Virus record (IMG/VR): IMGVR_UViG_3300045988_093898
Location: 1 to 58,829 of that record
Length of the DNA: 58,829 nucleotides
Direction: 5' to 3' (one strand)
From: a virus
A program made the translations under genes and the position numbers. Shown here in pieces: positions 19,297 through 27,862 of this stretch; position 1 is the first letter of the stretch, and each line of letters begins with the position of its first letter. The notes under the pieces were generated by a model, which was not told the origin of the DNA, did no database searches, and was given only the letters and a program-made list of their open reading frames with translations.

Positions 19297-19476
19297 ATGT
19301 CGCCAAGAACAGGCAGACCAAAATCTGATAACAGTAAAGATGTAATGTTTAGAGTTCGCCTTGATAAAGATATGGTTGAAAAACTGGAAAAGGCTTCGGA
19401 AAACTTAAATATTACAAAATCAGATGTTGTCAGAAACGGTATTGAAAGTGAATACCAAAGGTCTATAAAAAAATAA
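19297..19476 (+). CDS. ribbon-helix-helix (CopG/Arc-like) regulator, paralog of 47562..47729
   Basis: MSPRTGRPKSDNSKDVMFRVRLDKDMVEKLEKASENLNITKSDVVRNGIE: a beta-strand followed by two helices. RBS AGAGGTG. Confidence 0.7.
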   Translation: MSPRTGRPKSDNSKDVMFRVRLDKDMVEKLEKASENLNITKSDVVRNGIESEYQRSIKK

Positions 19477-19541
19477 GAACAGTTACATCACCCTGAGAAA
19501 GTACGCAACTGTTCTAACAACAACCCTATAAAGGAATTGAT
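19467..19541 (-). ncRNA. predicted cis-antisense small RNA (about 75 nt) between the RHH gene and the downstream gene
   Basis: A minus-strand promoter at 19548-19576 points into hairpin 19477-19514, which on the minus strand is followed by a T-run. The same arrangement is conserved at 47719-47827. Confidence 0.5.
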
Positions 19542-19547
19542 AAATAT

Positions 19548-19576
19548 ATTCTATCATTACTTTATAGGGAAATCAA
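19548..19576 (-). promoter_or_regulatory. minus-strand promoter TTGATT, 17-nt spacer, TAGAAT
   Basis: The plus strand reads attcta (19548-53) and aatcaa (19571-76). Both hexamers and the 17-nt spacing are conserved in cassette 2 while the spacer sequence differs. Confidence 0.5.
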
Positions 19577-19604
19577 GCAAATTTTGAAAGCGAGGTAGAA
19601 TATT

Positions 19605-19979
19605 ATGACAAAAGCAGAATTAGAAGAAAAAGCAGACCGCATGGAATATCAGTTAGACTTAGAGAAAACAAGGAAAGAAATCATTGAAATGGTAAACGGA
19701 TGTAGTTCGCTTATAACTCTTAAAGAAATGAAAGGAAATGTCAAAGAATTGTATCGCAGACATACTACAGACTGGGTAAATGTAGCGTTAAGGGATAATC
19801 TTTGCGACCTTGCCAAACAGTTGTCAGACAATTACGAATATGAAATATTGAGAAATATAAATGTTATGCTCTATGCAATGGTTTTGAAAAATGGAAAAAT
19901 TGACACTGACAGCCTTTTTCTTACACCGTACATGGAAAGTATGAAACAAAAACGCAATATACAAGGGGGTGCAGCATAA
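19605..19979 (+). CDS. hypothetical protein (124 aa), translationally coupled to the antirepressor gene
   Basis: RBS GAGGT. Its stop overlaps the next start (TAATG at 19977-19981). Confidence 0.55.
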   Translation: MTKAELEEKADRMEYQLDLEKTRKEIIEMVNGCSSLITLKEMKGNVKELYRRHTTDWVNVALRDNLCDLAKQLSDNYEYEILRNINVMLYAMVLKNGKIDTDSLFLTPYMESMKQKRNIQGGAA

Positions 19980-20764
19980 TGAATGAGATAAATAATGTAA
20001 TAGATATGAAAACTCCGATTGAGATTGCTTTACAGATTGATGAAAGCGGTCACACTACAGCGAGAGCATTGTATGATTTTTTGGAGCTTGCACCAAGTCA
20101 GTTTTCAAGATGGGCTAAAACCAATATTGAGAGTAATGAGTTTTATGAAGAAAATAAAGATTGGTGGGGGTTCGACATTATGTTGAACGGTAATAAATGT
20201 AAGGATTATCGACTTACAACAGATTTTGCGAAGCATCTATCTATGGAAAGTCATTCTGCCAAGGGCAAGACAGCAAGGCAGTATTTTGTTAAGGTAGAAG
20301 ATAAAGTAAAGGAAGTTGTAATCAATCGTTCTCAGTTATCTCCACAGATGCAGATGTTTTATGCAATAGCAGACGAACAGGCTAAAATGGAGCTTGAACA
20401 AAAACGGCAGGCAGAGCAGATAAATAAAGTTGAGCAGACAGTTGACAACATGAAAGAGATATTCACAGAGCCTATCGGAGATTGGAAAGCCGAAATAAAT
20501 TCAAGGGTTCGTGAAATATCAATCAAGAGTAACATTGACTATCAGACACTTTATAATCAGCTTTACGGCGAACTGGAGACAACAGCACATTGCAGTCTTA
20601 AAAGATTACAGGATAACAAGAAAAAGCGTATGGAAAAGGCAGGCAATACAAAGACTGCTATTAAACAGGAAACTACAAAAATTGCAATTATATACGAAAA
20701 GCCACAACTTAAAGCAATATTTGAAAATATAGTCAAGAAATATGCTATGAGTTATTGTGCATGA
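19979..20764 (+). CDS. AntA-type phage antirepressor-like protein
   Basis: N-terminal ...TARALYDFLELAPSQFSRWAKTNIESNEFYEENKDWW... resembles the AntA domain. The C-terminal half is coiled-coil. Confidence 0.6.
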   Translation: MNEINNVIDMKTPIEIALQIDESGHTTARALYDFLELAPSQFSRWAKTNIESNEFYEENKDWWGFDIMLNGNKCKDYRLTTDFAKHLSMESHSAKGKTARQYFVKVEDKVKEVVINRSQLSPQMQMFYAIADEQAKMELEQKRQAEQINKVEQTVDNMKEIFTEPIGDWKAEINSRVREISIKSNIDYQTLYNQLYGELETTAHCSLKRLQDNKKKRMEKAGNTKTAIKQETTKIAIIYEKPQLKAIFENIVKKYAMSYCA

Positions 20765-20800
20765 TATGAAATTATGTGATACATAGATATGATAATAAAA

Positions 20801-20828
20801 GGACAGAACTACATATTCTGTCCTTTTT
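20801..20828 (+). terminator. rho-independent terminator
   Basis: Stem ggacagaa/ttctgtcc followed by T6. Confidence 0.7.
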
Positions 20829-20872
20829 TGATGCAAAAAATCATTAACCTTAAAAAGTTTAGAGGTAGAATT

Positions 20873-21322
20873 ATGGCATTTTCAAAGAGTAAAGGTCTTG
20901 TTTCTATTGCTACAGGCTATAGCGGTGGAAATTACGAATACACAAAGATAGACCAATTTATTGCGGCAGATAATTTAAGTATCACCGCTGACAGGGCACA
21001 GGATTTAGATAGTTATGTCAATGCAAACGGTCATTTAAAAAGAAATGTTTTAAAGCATATGCGTGATGGCATATCTTTTTCAACGGTCTATATGGGGTAT
21101 GACAAAAAAGAAAACTTTATGACTATCATTCGCAAAGCTATGAAACAAAAGGATTGTGCAGAGCCACCCGAAAAGAAAGTTCGTGTTAGGTACTTTAATG
21201 AATGGACTAATGATTACGAAACAGGATTTTTCTATATACCGGATGTTGAATGGAAATATGGTGGTACATATAAGGGAACACCGACATATTTGCCTACGAC
21301 ATTTGAGTTAATAGAGTATTAG
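20873..21322 (+). CDS. distal tail protein candidate
   Basis: 149 aa, the first structural gene after the tape measure and moron island. RBS AGAGGT. Confidence 0.4.
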   Translation: MAFSKSKGLVSIATGYSGGNYEYTKIDQFIAADNLSITADRAQDLDSYVNANGHLKRNVLKHMRDGISFSTVYMGYDKKENFMTIIRKAMKQKDCAEPPEKKVRVRYFNEWTNDYETGFFYIPDVEWKYGGTYKGTPTYLPTTFELIEY

Positions 21323-21334
21323 CGAGGTGAGACG

Positions 21335-24139
21335 ATGCTTAATCTTACAGATAGTGAAAAAGAGTGCTTTTACGGCAGAGGAACTTATTTTAATGACTAT
21401 GAATTTAATTTTTCTGATTTGAATTTTACAATAACAAATGAGACATTACATCAAGAGTCAGTAACTATTAAAGAAAGTATATGTGATAGTGAAGATTTAC
21501 AGTTAGGCGGTTGTATTGCATCCTCATGTGAATTTGAGGTATCGGAGCTTGAAAACAATCAGCTTGCAGGATTGGAGTTTACAGCAAAATTACTTGTAAA
21601 TGATGGTAAAGACGTAGTTGTAAAAATGGGTAAATATCGTGTGGATTCTGCAAAAAGAGTTAATGATAAAGACTATAGAAAAATTGTTGCTTATGATGCT
21701 TTATACGATGCACAAATAGATGTTTCCGACTGGTATAACAAAGTTTTCTATGTAGTATCTGAATATGAAGAAGTAGTTGCAATCGGAGATATTGATGATT
21801 TATGGGAACACGGAGACTATTATATTGATAATTCGGGAAGTAAACCACCTTGGATAGCGTTTTTTGCGAATGGTGCAGTACCCGAAGAATGTCAAGATAC
21901 AACATATCTTGATACATCAACAGGCAAATTATACGAAGCACAAAATACAAGTAAAGACGAAGATAACGAATTATATCGTTGGGTTGAAGTGTATCAATGT
22001 AAAAGGAAAACAACCACGAAGCGTATTTACGCAAAAACAACATTAAAAAAACTAAGAGAAAGTCTTTTAAATCACTTGAACATTTCTTTTATAGAACAGG
22101 ATTTAATAAATGATGATGTAACTATCGAGAGGACATTTGATGCTAGCGATACTGGTGAAATCATCGGCACAGATATACTAAAATACATTTGTGAATTAAA
22201 TGCTGGATTTGGAAAAATAAATCGTGATGGAAAATTTGAAGTAATTCAATTGACAAGTGCGGGGTTATATCCCGAAGAAACATTGTACCCATCTGAGGAT
22301 TTATACCCCGAAGAAAGCAATTATGAGCTTTTAAGTGCAGAAGAAAACGAAGCTAATTATATTTCTGTAGCTTATGAAGAATATGAAACAGAAGCTATTA
22401 CGGGTGTTATAGTAAAAAGCAATAGTGATAATGTTGGTCAAGTTGTAGGAACAAAAGATAATGCTTATATGCTTACTGGAAATCCTTTGATATACAATAA
22501 GACCTCAGAAGATTTAACAAAAATCGGACAAAATATATTTGCAAAAATAAAAGGAATTACATACAGACCAAACACAACAACTTTAGAGGGGTTGCCGTAC
22601 TTAGAAACAGGCGATTATTATATTCTGACAAAAAACAATGACGATGTAGGTTCACCTATATTTACAAGGACATTGGCAGGAGTACAAGCGTTAAAAGATA
22701 CGTTTGAAAGCAAGGGAAATAAACTAAGAGTAAACGAAGATAGTCAAACGTCAGAAATGATGACTTTACAGTCAAAAATGCTTAAAATTCAAAAAGGTGT
22801 TGACGGACTGTTGATAGAGGTTACAGACCTTGACGAAAATACAAGTTCAAGATTTGAACAGACAGCAAATAAGATTGAAGCTGAGGTTATAAGAGCAAGC
22901 AATGCCGAAGGAGAACTTTCGGGCAGACTGACAATTACGGCAGATGCAATTACACAGGAAGTCACCAGGGCGAAAGCCGAAGAAGCAACATTGAGCGGTA
23001 GAATAAATGTCACAGCGGAACAAATTACAGCCGAAGTAAAAAGAGCCGAGAACGAAGAAAATAGCATAAGAACAGCACTTACATTAAAGGCTGACAGTGC
23101 AGAACTGGGATATTACCAGACAAAAGCTGATATGACAAATTATGCTACGACTACTTGGGCTGAGAATCAGATAAGTAGCAAAGTGTCGAAAGGGGATGTA
23201 TGCAGCGAGATAAATCAATCATCAGAGCAGATTATTTTGAAGTCAAATAGGCTTGTTATCGACAGTACAAATTTTAAATTAGATGCAAACGGTAACGCAG
23301 ATTACAGAGGAAACATATCTGCCAGTGATGCTAAATTTTATAACATAACAGGCTTTGGAGGAATGATAAGCATTATCTCTGGAAGCAGTTTTTCAGCGGG
23401 AACAGGCGGCTACCAAAGAGATACTTATGGATATATCAAGGTACATAGTGATGATGGTACAGCAAACTGTTATGTTGAAAGTGATAAACTTATAGGAGAC
23501 ACAATAGAAGCCGGAAGAATCAACGGTTCAACTGGATACTTAGAATTGCACGGTTACACAAAAGCAAAAATGTTTGTATTTAACGATGAAGCATACGGCA
23601 TTGTTCTCGATATGAATAGTAATCGTGATTTGCATTTAAGACCAGCATCTAACGAAGATACAGACTGCGGTTCAGCATCTTATAAATGGCGAAATTTGTA
23701 TTGTAAAAATGGCACTATACAAACATCTGACAGAAACGAAAAAATGAACATATCGGATATGTCAGAACAATATGCAAATGCAATTATTGATGATGCTTCA
23801 CCAAAAACATATATGATGCTTAACAATGAAAGCGGAAGAACTCATGCAGGAATGATAGCACAGGATTTAGAAGAACAGTTATCAAAAAACGGTATGAGTT
23901 CAAAAGATTTTGCAGGGTTCATAAAATACGAAAAAGAAGATACTAACGGAGTTCCAACAAGTGAATACGGCTATGGAATACGCTACGAGGAATATATAGC
24001 ACCGCTTATTAAGTATTCTCAGTGTTTAAAAAGAGATTTGAAGCAGGAAATAGAGAGAAATCAGCAGTTACAATTTCAACTTTTAAATTTACAAGGTGAA
24101 TTTACAATATTAAAACAACAGATTTTAGGAGGAAAATAA
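21335..24139 (+). CDS. tail-associated / tail fibre protein with C-terminal peptidase S74 intramolecular chaperone domain
   Basis: 934 aa. C-terminal TSDRNEKMNI...THAGMIAQDLEEQL...YGIRYEEYIAPLIK matches the S74 autoproteolytic chaperone signature (Ser-Asp-x-x-x-Lys). Confidence 0.72.
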   Translation: MLNLTDSEKECFYGRGTYFNDYEFNFSDLNFTITNETLHQESVTIKESICDSEDLQLGGCIASSCEFEVSELENNQLAGLEFTAKLLVNDGKDVVVKMGKYRVDSAKRVNDKDYRKIVAYDALYDAQIDVSDWYNKVFYVVSEYEEVVAIGDIDDLWEHGDYYIDNSGSKPPWIAFFANGAVPEECQDTTYLDTSTGKLYEAQNTSKDEDNELYRWVEVYQCKRKTTTKRIYAKTTLKKLRESLLNHLNISFIEQDLINDDVTIERTFDASDTGEIIGTDILKYICELNAGFGKINRDGKFEVIQLTSAGLYPEETLYPSEDLYPEESNYELLSAEENEANYISVAYEEYETEAITGVIVKSNSDNVGQVVGTKDNAYMLTGNPLIYNKTSEDLTKIGQNIFAKIKGITYRPNTTTLEGLPYLETGDYYILTKNNDDVGSPIFTRTLAGVQALKDTFESKGNKLRVNEDSQTSEMMTLQSKMLKIQKGVDGLLIEVTDLDENTSSRFEQTANKIEAEVIRASNAEGELSGRLTITADAITQEVTRAKAEEATLSGRINVTAEQITAEVKRAENEENSIRTALTLKADSAELGYYQTKADMTNYATTTWAENQISSKVSKGDVCSEINQSSEQIILKSNRLVIDSTNFKLDANGNADYRGNISASDAKFYNITGFGGMISIISGSSFSAGTGGYQRDTYGYIKVHSDDGTANCYVESDKLIGDTIEAGRINGSTGYLELHGYTKAKMFVFNDEAYGIVLDMNSNRDLHLRPASNEDTDCGSASYKWRNLYCKNGTIQTSDRNEKMNISDMSEQYANAIIDDASPKTYMMLNNESGRTHAGMIAQDLEEQLSKNGMSSKDFAGFIKYEKEDTNGVPTSEYGYGIRYEEYIAPLIKYSQCLKRDLKQEIERNQQLQFQLLNLQGEFTILKQQILGGK

Positions 24140-24140
24140 A

Positions 24141-24386
24141 ATGGTTAAATTAAACAAACAAACTACAGTAACAGGGGCATGTGTATTGACAGTTGATGGT
24201 AAGGAAGAACAGGTGGCGTACATGAACGCTTCAATTCCAGTCGGCGGCGCACCTAATATCAGTCGTGCTATTCAGAATGTAGAGTTATTCAACGCAAACA
24301 AAGAGGAAGTATTGAAAGACTTTGCGGCATTTGACAATTATGTATATAGCCTTATGGAAACAGAGGAAACAAAAAAAGCAGAATAA
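24141..24386 (+). CDS. hypothetical tail protein (81 aa)
   Basis: ORF track. Tightly packed between the two fibre genes. Confidence 0.5.
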   Translation: MVKLNKQTTVTGACVLTVDGKEEQVAYMNASIPVGGAPNISRAIQNVELFNANKEEVLKDFAAFDNYVYSLMETEETKKAE

Positions 24387-24399
24387 GAGGTGACACACG

Positions 24400-25854
24400 A
24401 TGGCAGTAGTAAAGGTTTACACCCGAATAAATTGGCTTAATAAGTCGGAAAGTCTGACAACACCGCTTGGTAAAACAAACTTAAATAAGATGGATAAAGC
24501 AATAGACACCATTGATAACGAAGTAGTATCTATTTCAGCGACTGCGGAAAGCCTTGATACAACAAAAGCCGATAAAGACCAGCTTAACAATATGATAACT
24601 GATATATCTTTTAACGACAAAAATGGTGTTATCAGCATAACAAAATATAACGGTACAGTATTGAATATTGATACCGCAATGGAAAAGATAGCCGTAAACT
24701 TTGAATATAACGCACAGACACAACAACTTATACTTACACTTGAAAACGGTGAAAAGCAATACATTGATATGTCGGCTTTGATTACTCAGTATGAGTTTAA
24801 AGGCACTGATACGATAGCTTTTAGCATTGATAGTGATGGAAAAGTGAATGCGTCTATTAAAAGCGGCAGTATAACAAAAGCTATGCTGTCAAGTGAAGTT
24901 ATGTCGGCTATAACATTATCAGAAAGCAATGCGGTTGCATCGGCACAGGCGGCGTCTCAGTCAGCTACAAATGCTGATATGGACGCTAAGTTATCTCAGT
25001 CGTACAGCGTTGGCAAGAGCGGTATTCGTGATGGCGAAGATACCGACAATGCAAAATACTATTCAGAGCAGGCAGAAAAATTTGCAAAAGAAGCAGAAGA
25101 TATTGTTGGCAGTAATTTTATAACTCAAGCTGAAAAAGGTGTTGCAAATGGTGTAGCTGTCTTAAATGCAAACTTAGCAGTTGAAAAAGCGGTAGCAGAT
25201 GAAGATGGTAACAACATTCAAAATACATATGCTAAAAAGACAGAAATATCAGAAGCTATAGAAGTTGACAGCAAGTTGTCGACAACAAGCACAAATCCAG
25301 TACAGAATAAAATAGTAACTAATGCAATTAACAGTGCAAGTCAACAGGCGGGCAAAGCGAATGGGATTTTAACTCAGTGGCAAGAACAAGGCAGAATACC
25401 AAACGGCATTGCAAACAATCTTGTTACGACAGAAGAGGGATATGTTGCGGATGCAAGACAGCTAAATAAAAGTGTTAAAAATAGCTTTGCGTATGAGATG
25501 GATAAAAGTATCTCCGCGATAAATAACAGTTCAATATGGCAACAAGTGTCACCTAAAAACCTTAGTACACAAGTCGAATGGAATGTTTTCAGACAAAGAA
25601 TAACTACAGCAAGTTCTTTGTGTAATTTAGAATTAAACTTTACAACCAAACAAATATTTTCACGAGGTAACGATTATGAATTAGCCATATTAACAGGTTT
25701 TACACCTAACACACAATGCAATATGTTGATATTTTGTGATACAAATGTTGTAGCTGTAGCTATAAAAAGCGATAAAACAATAACATTACGCCCTTTAAAT
25801 ATGGACATCCCAGCCAATTACCAACTGAGTACACAATGTATATACACATATTAA
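24400..25854 (+). CDS. tail fibre / receptor-binding protein
   Basis: 484 aa. The N-terminal LTTPLGKTNLNKMDKAIDTIDNEV motif is common in Firmicute phage fibres. Last large gene of the tail operon. Confidence 0.68.
   Translation: MAVVKVYTRINWLNKSESLTTPLGKTNLNKMDKAIDTIDNEVVSISATAESLDTTKADKDQLNNMITDISFNDKNGVISITKYNGTVLNIDTAMEKIAVNFEYNAQTQQLILTLENGEKQYIDMSALITQYEFKGTDTIAFSIDSDGKVNASIKSGSITKAMLSSEVMSAITLSESNAVASAQAASQSATNADMDAKLSQSYSVGKSGIRDGEDTDNAKYYSEQAEKFAKEAEDIVGSNFITQAEKGVANGVAVLNANLAVEKAVADEDGNNIQNTYAKKTEISEAIEVDSKLSTTSTNPVQNKIVTNAINSASQQAGKANGILTQWQEQGRIPNGIANNLVTTEEGYVADARQLNKSVKNSFAYEMDKSISAINNSSIWQQVSPKNLSTQVEWNVFRQRITTASSLCNLELNFTTKQIFSRGNDYELAILTGFTPNTQCNMLIFCDTNVVAVAIKSDKTITLRPLNMDIPANYQLSTQCIYTY
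25520..25531. repeat. left copy of 12-bp inverted repeat TAAATAACAGTT (inside the fibre gene, read as N-N-S)
   Basis: The exact reverse complement is at 26181..26192. Confidence 0.8.
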
Positions 25855-25857
25855 ATA

Positions 25858-26217
25858 TTATTTGCAACGATAAAAGAAATTTGCGTATCCTGATAAATGT
25901 ACTCCTTTGGGACAATAAATATTTATATTTCCGTTTAGAGAAATCCATCCATAACTTAAGCAAGGATTTCCTGTTACTGCGTCCCATGAACTTAATGAGA
26001 AATACTGCACTCCGTCTGGAACATGAGATGAGTCGTTTAATACTACAAGCGTTGCCTCTGAACTTGATAAACCAGAATGTTGATAATAAAATGATACAAA
26101 CATCATTTTGTCTTTTTTATCATAAAAAGCATTTAAACCTTTTATTTCAGAAGCAACATTTACAAAAGTGAACTGAGTTAAACTGTTATTTAACAAACAG
26201 AAAATAAGATAAACCAT
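25858..26217 (-). CDS. inverted alternative fibre C-terminal cassette (silent ORF, 119 codons)
   Basis: Converges on the fibre stop with a 3-nt gap. No RBS, and a stop codon sits directly upstream of its ATG. Shares the in-phase N-N-S 12-mer, followed by exactly 107 codons as in the fibre gene. Confidence 0.5.
   Translation of the reverse strand: MVYLIFCLLNNSLTQFTFVNVASEIKGLNAFYDKKDKMMFVSFYYQHSGLSSSEATLVVLNDSSHVPDGVQYFSLSSWDAVTGNPCLSYGWISLNGNINIYCPKGVHLSGYANFFYRCK
26181..26192. repeat. right copy of the 12-bp inverted repeat (AACTGTTATTTA)
   Basis: Exact reverse complement of 25520..25531. Both copies are 325 nt from the symmetry centre at 25856. Confidence 0.8.
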
Positions 26218-26223
26218 TTATTA

Positions 26224-26247
26224 AAGAGCTTCACAGCTCTTATTTTT
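26224..26247 (+). terminator. rho-independent terminator of the tail operon
   Basis: Stem aagagct/agctctt followed by atttttat. Confidence 0.6.
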
Positions 26248-26261
26248 ATACAAAGAAAGGA

Positions 26262-26621
26262 ATGACCATTATGAAAATCAAATTAAAAGACAAAACAGAA
26301 CTTACGGTAACAGATGCTTGCACATCAACATCAATAGTAGCTGAGTTTATTTCAGCTGAGGAAATTGAAGATTTCCGTAAAAAACTTACAGACGAGAATT
26401 TATCATCTTTTGCATATGTAAATGATGACGGAACGATAGTAGGAGAATATAAAAACTGCACTTTTACAAATGTCACTTATGCAGAAAAAGGCGGCAAGTT
26501 TACGGCTACATACAACATCCGTCAGTACAGTGACATGGAAGTAAGATTAAATGTACTGGAAAAAGAACAGACCTTACAAGGCGATGCCATTGCAAGTATG
26601 TCAGAAACAGTATATTCATAG
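26262..26621 (+). CDS. hypothetical protein (XkdW-position protein)
   Basis: 119 aa. The start could instead be ATG 26271. Confidence 0.5.
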   Translation: MTIMKIKLKDKTELTVTDACTSTSIVAEFISAEEIEDFRKKLTDENLSSFAYVNDDGTIVGEYKNCTFTNVTYAEKGGKFTATYNIRQYSDMEVRLNVLEKEQTLQGDAIASMSETVYS

Positions 26622-26635
26622 AAAGAGGTGATAAT

Positions 26636-26758
26636 ATGAACGGAATTGTAAAATTTTGGGCTTACAGAATAGGCTTTGATTTGTCGAGGATTGATGAAGT
26701 CCCAAACAAACTTAAAACACCGGTCAGCGAATACATAGCTCAAAGCATGGCAGATTAA
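26636..26758 (+). CDS. small XkdX-like protein (40 aa)
   Basis: RBS AGAGGTG 6 nt upstream. Found by reading the sequence; not in the ORF track. Size and position resemble XkdX. Confidence 0.35.
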   Translation: MNGIVKFWAYRIGFDLSRIDEVPNKLKTPVSEYIAQSMAD

Positions 26759-26905
26759 GTCATAAAATGTCGAACTATAACAGCCAAATCCTCTTGTTTC
26801 CCTTATCCTCAAGCCGTACAATAAACTTGTCAGAAGTTATCTGACAACATCAAGTTTTGGCAAGGGGCGGTGTAATTGGCGTTGCACTGCCCTACATTGA
26901 GGGGA

Positions 26906-26934
26906 TTGACATAGCAGAACAGTTGTTCTATAAT
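26906..26934 (+). promoter_or_regulatory. consensus promoter TTGACA, 17-nt spacer, TATAAT
   Basis: Read directly. Preceded by the palindrome ttgtcagaagttatctgacaa. Confidence 0.6.
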
Positions 26935-26956
26935 GTGTCGCATAGGAGGATTAAAT

Positions 26957-27082
26957 TTGAGTAAAGAAGAACTAAAACGAGAAATTGTGGAACTTGTAGA
27001 CCAAATTGACAACGAAAAGATTTTAAAACTTATAGCGGGCTTTGTAAAAAGTGGCTATAAAGAGGAACAGGCAGGGAAATAA
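26957..27082 (+). CDS. small hypothetical protein (41 aa, TTG start)
   Basis: AGGAGG 7 nt upstream of the TTG. Helical, charged sequence. Confidence 0.35.
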   Translation: MSKEELKREIVELVDQIDNEKILKLIAGFVKSGYKEEQAGK

Positions 27083-27098
27083 AACCCTGCCTTTTTTT
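27071..27098. terminator. terminator hairpin between convergent genes
   Basis: Stem gcaggg/ccctgc followed by T7. Confidence 0.65.
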
Positions 27099-27112
27099 GT
27101 TTGACAAACTTT

Positions 27113-27487
27113 TTAATCAATAAACTTTTCAAAAAAATCACATAACACTTCTTTTTTATCTGTTGATAACTTATCATACTTTATAATGAATTTCTTAAAT
27201 CTTTCATCATGCAATCCTATTTTCATCACAATATCTGAATATTCATCGTCGGTATCTTCAAATTGCTTTTCTTCTATCAAGTCGGTCATTCCTATATTGA
27301 AGTAATCAGCAATCTTTCTAAGTTTTCCAGTACCAGGAAGTGAATTGCCTTTACACCACATATTTAATGTTGTAGGCTTTTCGTTCAATTCTTTTGCAAC
27401 ATCTATCTGTTGTTTCTGATTTAAAGCTATATATTTGTTTAAGTTTTTGGCAAATATACGCTTTGTTTCTTCCCTATCATCTGTCAT
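27113..27487 (-). CDS. CI-like repressor (XRE-family HTH)
   Basis: Motif IFAKNLNKYIALNQKQQIDVAKELNEKPTTLNMWCKG. Divergent from a Cro-like gene. Confidence 0.8.
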   Translation of the reverse strand: MTDDREETKRIFAKNLNKYIALNQKQQIDVAKELNEKPTTLNMWCKGNSLPGTGKLRKIADYFNIGMTDLIEEKQFEDTDDEYSDIVMKIGLHDERFKKFIIKYDKLSTDKKEVLCDFFEKFID

Positions 27488-27529
27488 AGCTATCCTCCTT
27501 TCATTTTGTATTATATAGCAAAACTAAAA

Positions 27530-27597
27530 AAAATTCAATATAAAATCCAATTATTTTGAATTTTAGTCTTGACAATTCAATGTGATTGAATTATAGT
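27530..27597. promoter_or_regulatory. genetic switch: two palindromic operators with half-site AATTCAA plus the rightward promoter
   Basis: aaaattcaa (27530-38) pairs with ttgaatttt (27556-64). aattcaat (27574-81) pairs with attgaatt (27585-92). TTGACA 27569-74, 17-nt spacer, TATAGT 27592-97. Confidence 0.6.
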
Positions 27598-27628
27598 TGT
27601 ATTATCAAATCAAGAAAGGAGTGGTTAG

Positions 27629-27832
27629 ATGCCGAAGATTTCTCTTGAAGCAGTAAGAGTAAATGCAAAAATGACACAGAAAAACTGGGCTAAATTGCTT
27701 GGTGTTTCGGTAACAACAGTGATTAACTGGGAAAAAGGGAATACTGAGCCGAGCTTATCTCATTTGAAAGAAATGAGCCGTTTATCAGGCATTCCAATGG
27801 ATTTTATTTTTGTACCCGATAAATCCAATTAA
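27629..27832 (+). CDS. Cro-like XRE-family HTH regulator
   Basis: 67 aa. Motif MTQKNWAKLLGVSVTTVINWEKG. Confidence 0.75.
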   Translation: MPKISLEAVRVNAKMTQKNWAKLLGVSVTTVINWEKGNTEPSLSHLKEMSRLSGIPMDFIFVPDKSN

Positions 27833-27862
27833 ATTGAATTTTAAATGTCGGAAAGGAGAATT

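Noticed and set aside
25836-26171. 111-aa plus-strand ORF after the fibre gene
   Set aside because: Low-complexity, junk-like translation that is antisense to a much more protein-like minus-strand frame. There is no RBS.
24400-26217. Diversity-generating retroelement as an explanation for the fibre-tip arrangement
   Set aside because: I recognised no reverse transcriptase gene in the window, and I saw no template/variable repeat pair with adenine-specific differences. The two tips are unrelated in sequence rather than near-identical.
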